Assembly: GCA_051294905.1 (NCBI GenBank)
Contig: CM119373.1
Location: forward strand, 30,132,001 to 30,196,000
Direction of reading: 5' to 3'
Source: Botryllus schlosseri
Lineage: Eukaryota
DNA length: 64,000 bases
Shown here: positions 62,546 through 64,000 of the stretch, in pieces
How positions within the stretch are numbered: position 1 is the first letter of the stretch
How the letters are laid out: each line of letters begins with the position of its first letter
Translations under genes and position numbers: made by a program
Notes under the pieces: generated by a model
What the model saw: the letters and a program-made list of their open reading frames with translations, nothing else
Told to the model about the DNA's origin: nothing
Databases searched by the model: none

Positions 62546-64000
62546 GGTATGTGTTTGTGGGTGCATTGCAACGGGCTCTGACTTAAGATGTCTAGTCTAG
62601 CATCTGGAATGAAAGATGTCTAGTCTAGCATCTGGAATGAGCTATCACACGATATCCGTGAATTGCCTAATAATAGATTCCAAAAAGACCTACTTAATCA
62701 CCTTTTGTCGTTAAATAACACTGTTGTCCTACCTTGCCCAGACATTGCTTCATTGATCATTTTCTACCATCGTTTACTTTTTAAACTAATATTTTTAACA
62801 GCCAGACTGTATAAATTCAAGTGTTCCTGTTTGATGCTGGTGTGATCAGACTATAGCTGACCTTCACGGTCGTATCGATCATTCCTACCTGATGCCGAAT
62901 ACTGTGCATGTAGCATGTGCAATGTGCATTAGGGTTGTTCAGATTTGAAAAATTGTCAGGAAACGTCGATGCTTGTGACCCAAATGAAGGTTTAGTACAT
63001 AAAAACACTTTTATGAGCAATTTTGGTCATCTTCGTCGTGATCTTCTATCCCCGAAAACCCCCCAAAGATCCACGGGGCAATTCTCCTTACTACTGGATA
63101 TGCAATGTTGACCACGTCACCGGTTTATAGCTTTTGTGACGTTATCAGTTGAAAACGGCTGTGTAGAGATGATATATTGCAATAAAATAGCAATGATTTC
63201 AAAGTTGTACTTAAATGCAGTCCCATAAAGGCCACATGCATAACGATTTCACTCTGCACAAACTGTCTATCATGCTCATGGGAACCATGTATCGGTTGCA
63301 CCATTGACATCGGCTTGTTTTGGATCGTACATTGAAGAAGCGCCGTTGGGTTGCAATTCGTCAACAAATACTGATATTCCCAGCTGGTTTTTAGCCATAA
63401 GATATTATTCAAAGGTATGTAATGTCAGTAATACTTTTCTCAACTTCAAATCATCTGTAAAATACCGAGTTATCTTATTTTATGGTAGACTGCAATTTAG
63501 TTGCAGAAGAAAGTCTGAAACAAAGCGGATATGGGTTTTGTGGACCAACCATGAACAAGATTCAGGTCTGCCCACTATTTGGTCTGATATTCTGGTCACT
63601 ATTCGGAAGGATATTTATCTGAGTGTATTAGTCACTCCAAGTTACCGACTCTAGATGAGGTTCTACTACACCCGCCATATCTGAAAGAAAATTGCCCCGA
63701 AACTACCACAACGGAGGACTGTGTACTTCTAACTGTTGAAGAGGTTGACAACGTATAGAATATAACAAGAATGGAACTAGTGCACTATACACCAACATTA
63801 CCCGTTCATGGTGATCACCTTATTGACTCAATCTTTTCACACGTCAACCTTTTTCTTTTATTGTTCTCTCGATTTGATATTTCACACCTCAGCAGATTTC
63901 TAGTTACGAGTTTTCAGTTTTTTCCGTTTATGCCCATTACGTAAAATACTTCCCTTGATACCTATTATAAACGATGCACTGCCTTTCTTATTTTTCTACG

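Noticed and set aside
28-63654. Most short (60-110 aa) ORFs in the track, many with non-ATG starts
   Set aside because: They are expected by chance, lie in repeats or are antisense to TE genes. Prokaryotic-style gene calling does not apply to this intron-containing genome.

Overview
Eukaryotic, animal-like, AT-rich window that is almost entirely transposon-derived. There are no operons, rRNA or CRISPR arrays. Introns I could reconstruct are short (46-69 nt, GT-AG), but the species cannot be named from sequence alone. Identifiable coding relics: a PIF/Harbinger element (DDE transposase plus a 4-exon Myb/SANT-like gene), an intron-containing tyrosine recombinase, a CR1/L2-type LINE 3' fragment, a MULE transposase relic, a Helitron Rep-helicase, an RLE-clade (R2/NeSL-like) retrotransposon fragment, a multi-exon Ulp1/SENP-like protease pseudogene and a Gypsy LTR-gag-protease fragment. 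There are also many hAT and Tc1/pogo-type non-autonomous elements, six with readable 8-bp TSDs, plus large dispersed repeats and many local tandem duplications. The most unusual signals are three. (1) A remodelled U6-snRNA-like sequence (ACUGAGA box, perfected hairpin) lies between the convergent 3' ends of the two Harbinger genes, near a possible U2/branch-site-like cis helix. (2) A spliced tyrosine recombinase retains R-K-H-R-H-Y catalytic candidates. (3) A Ulp1-like gene has a linker exon related to a triplicated unit 6 kb away. All family calls come from manual motif recognition; no database search was run.
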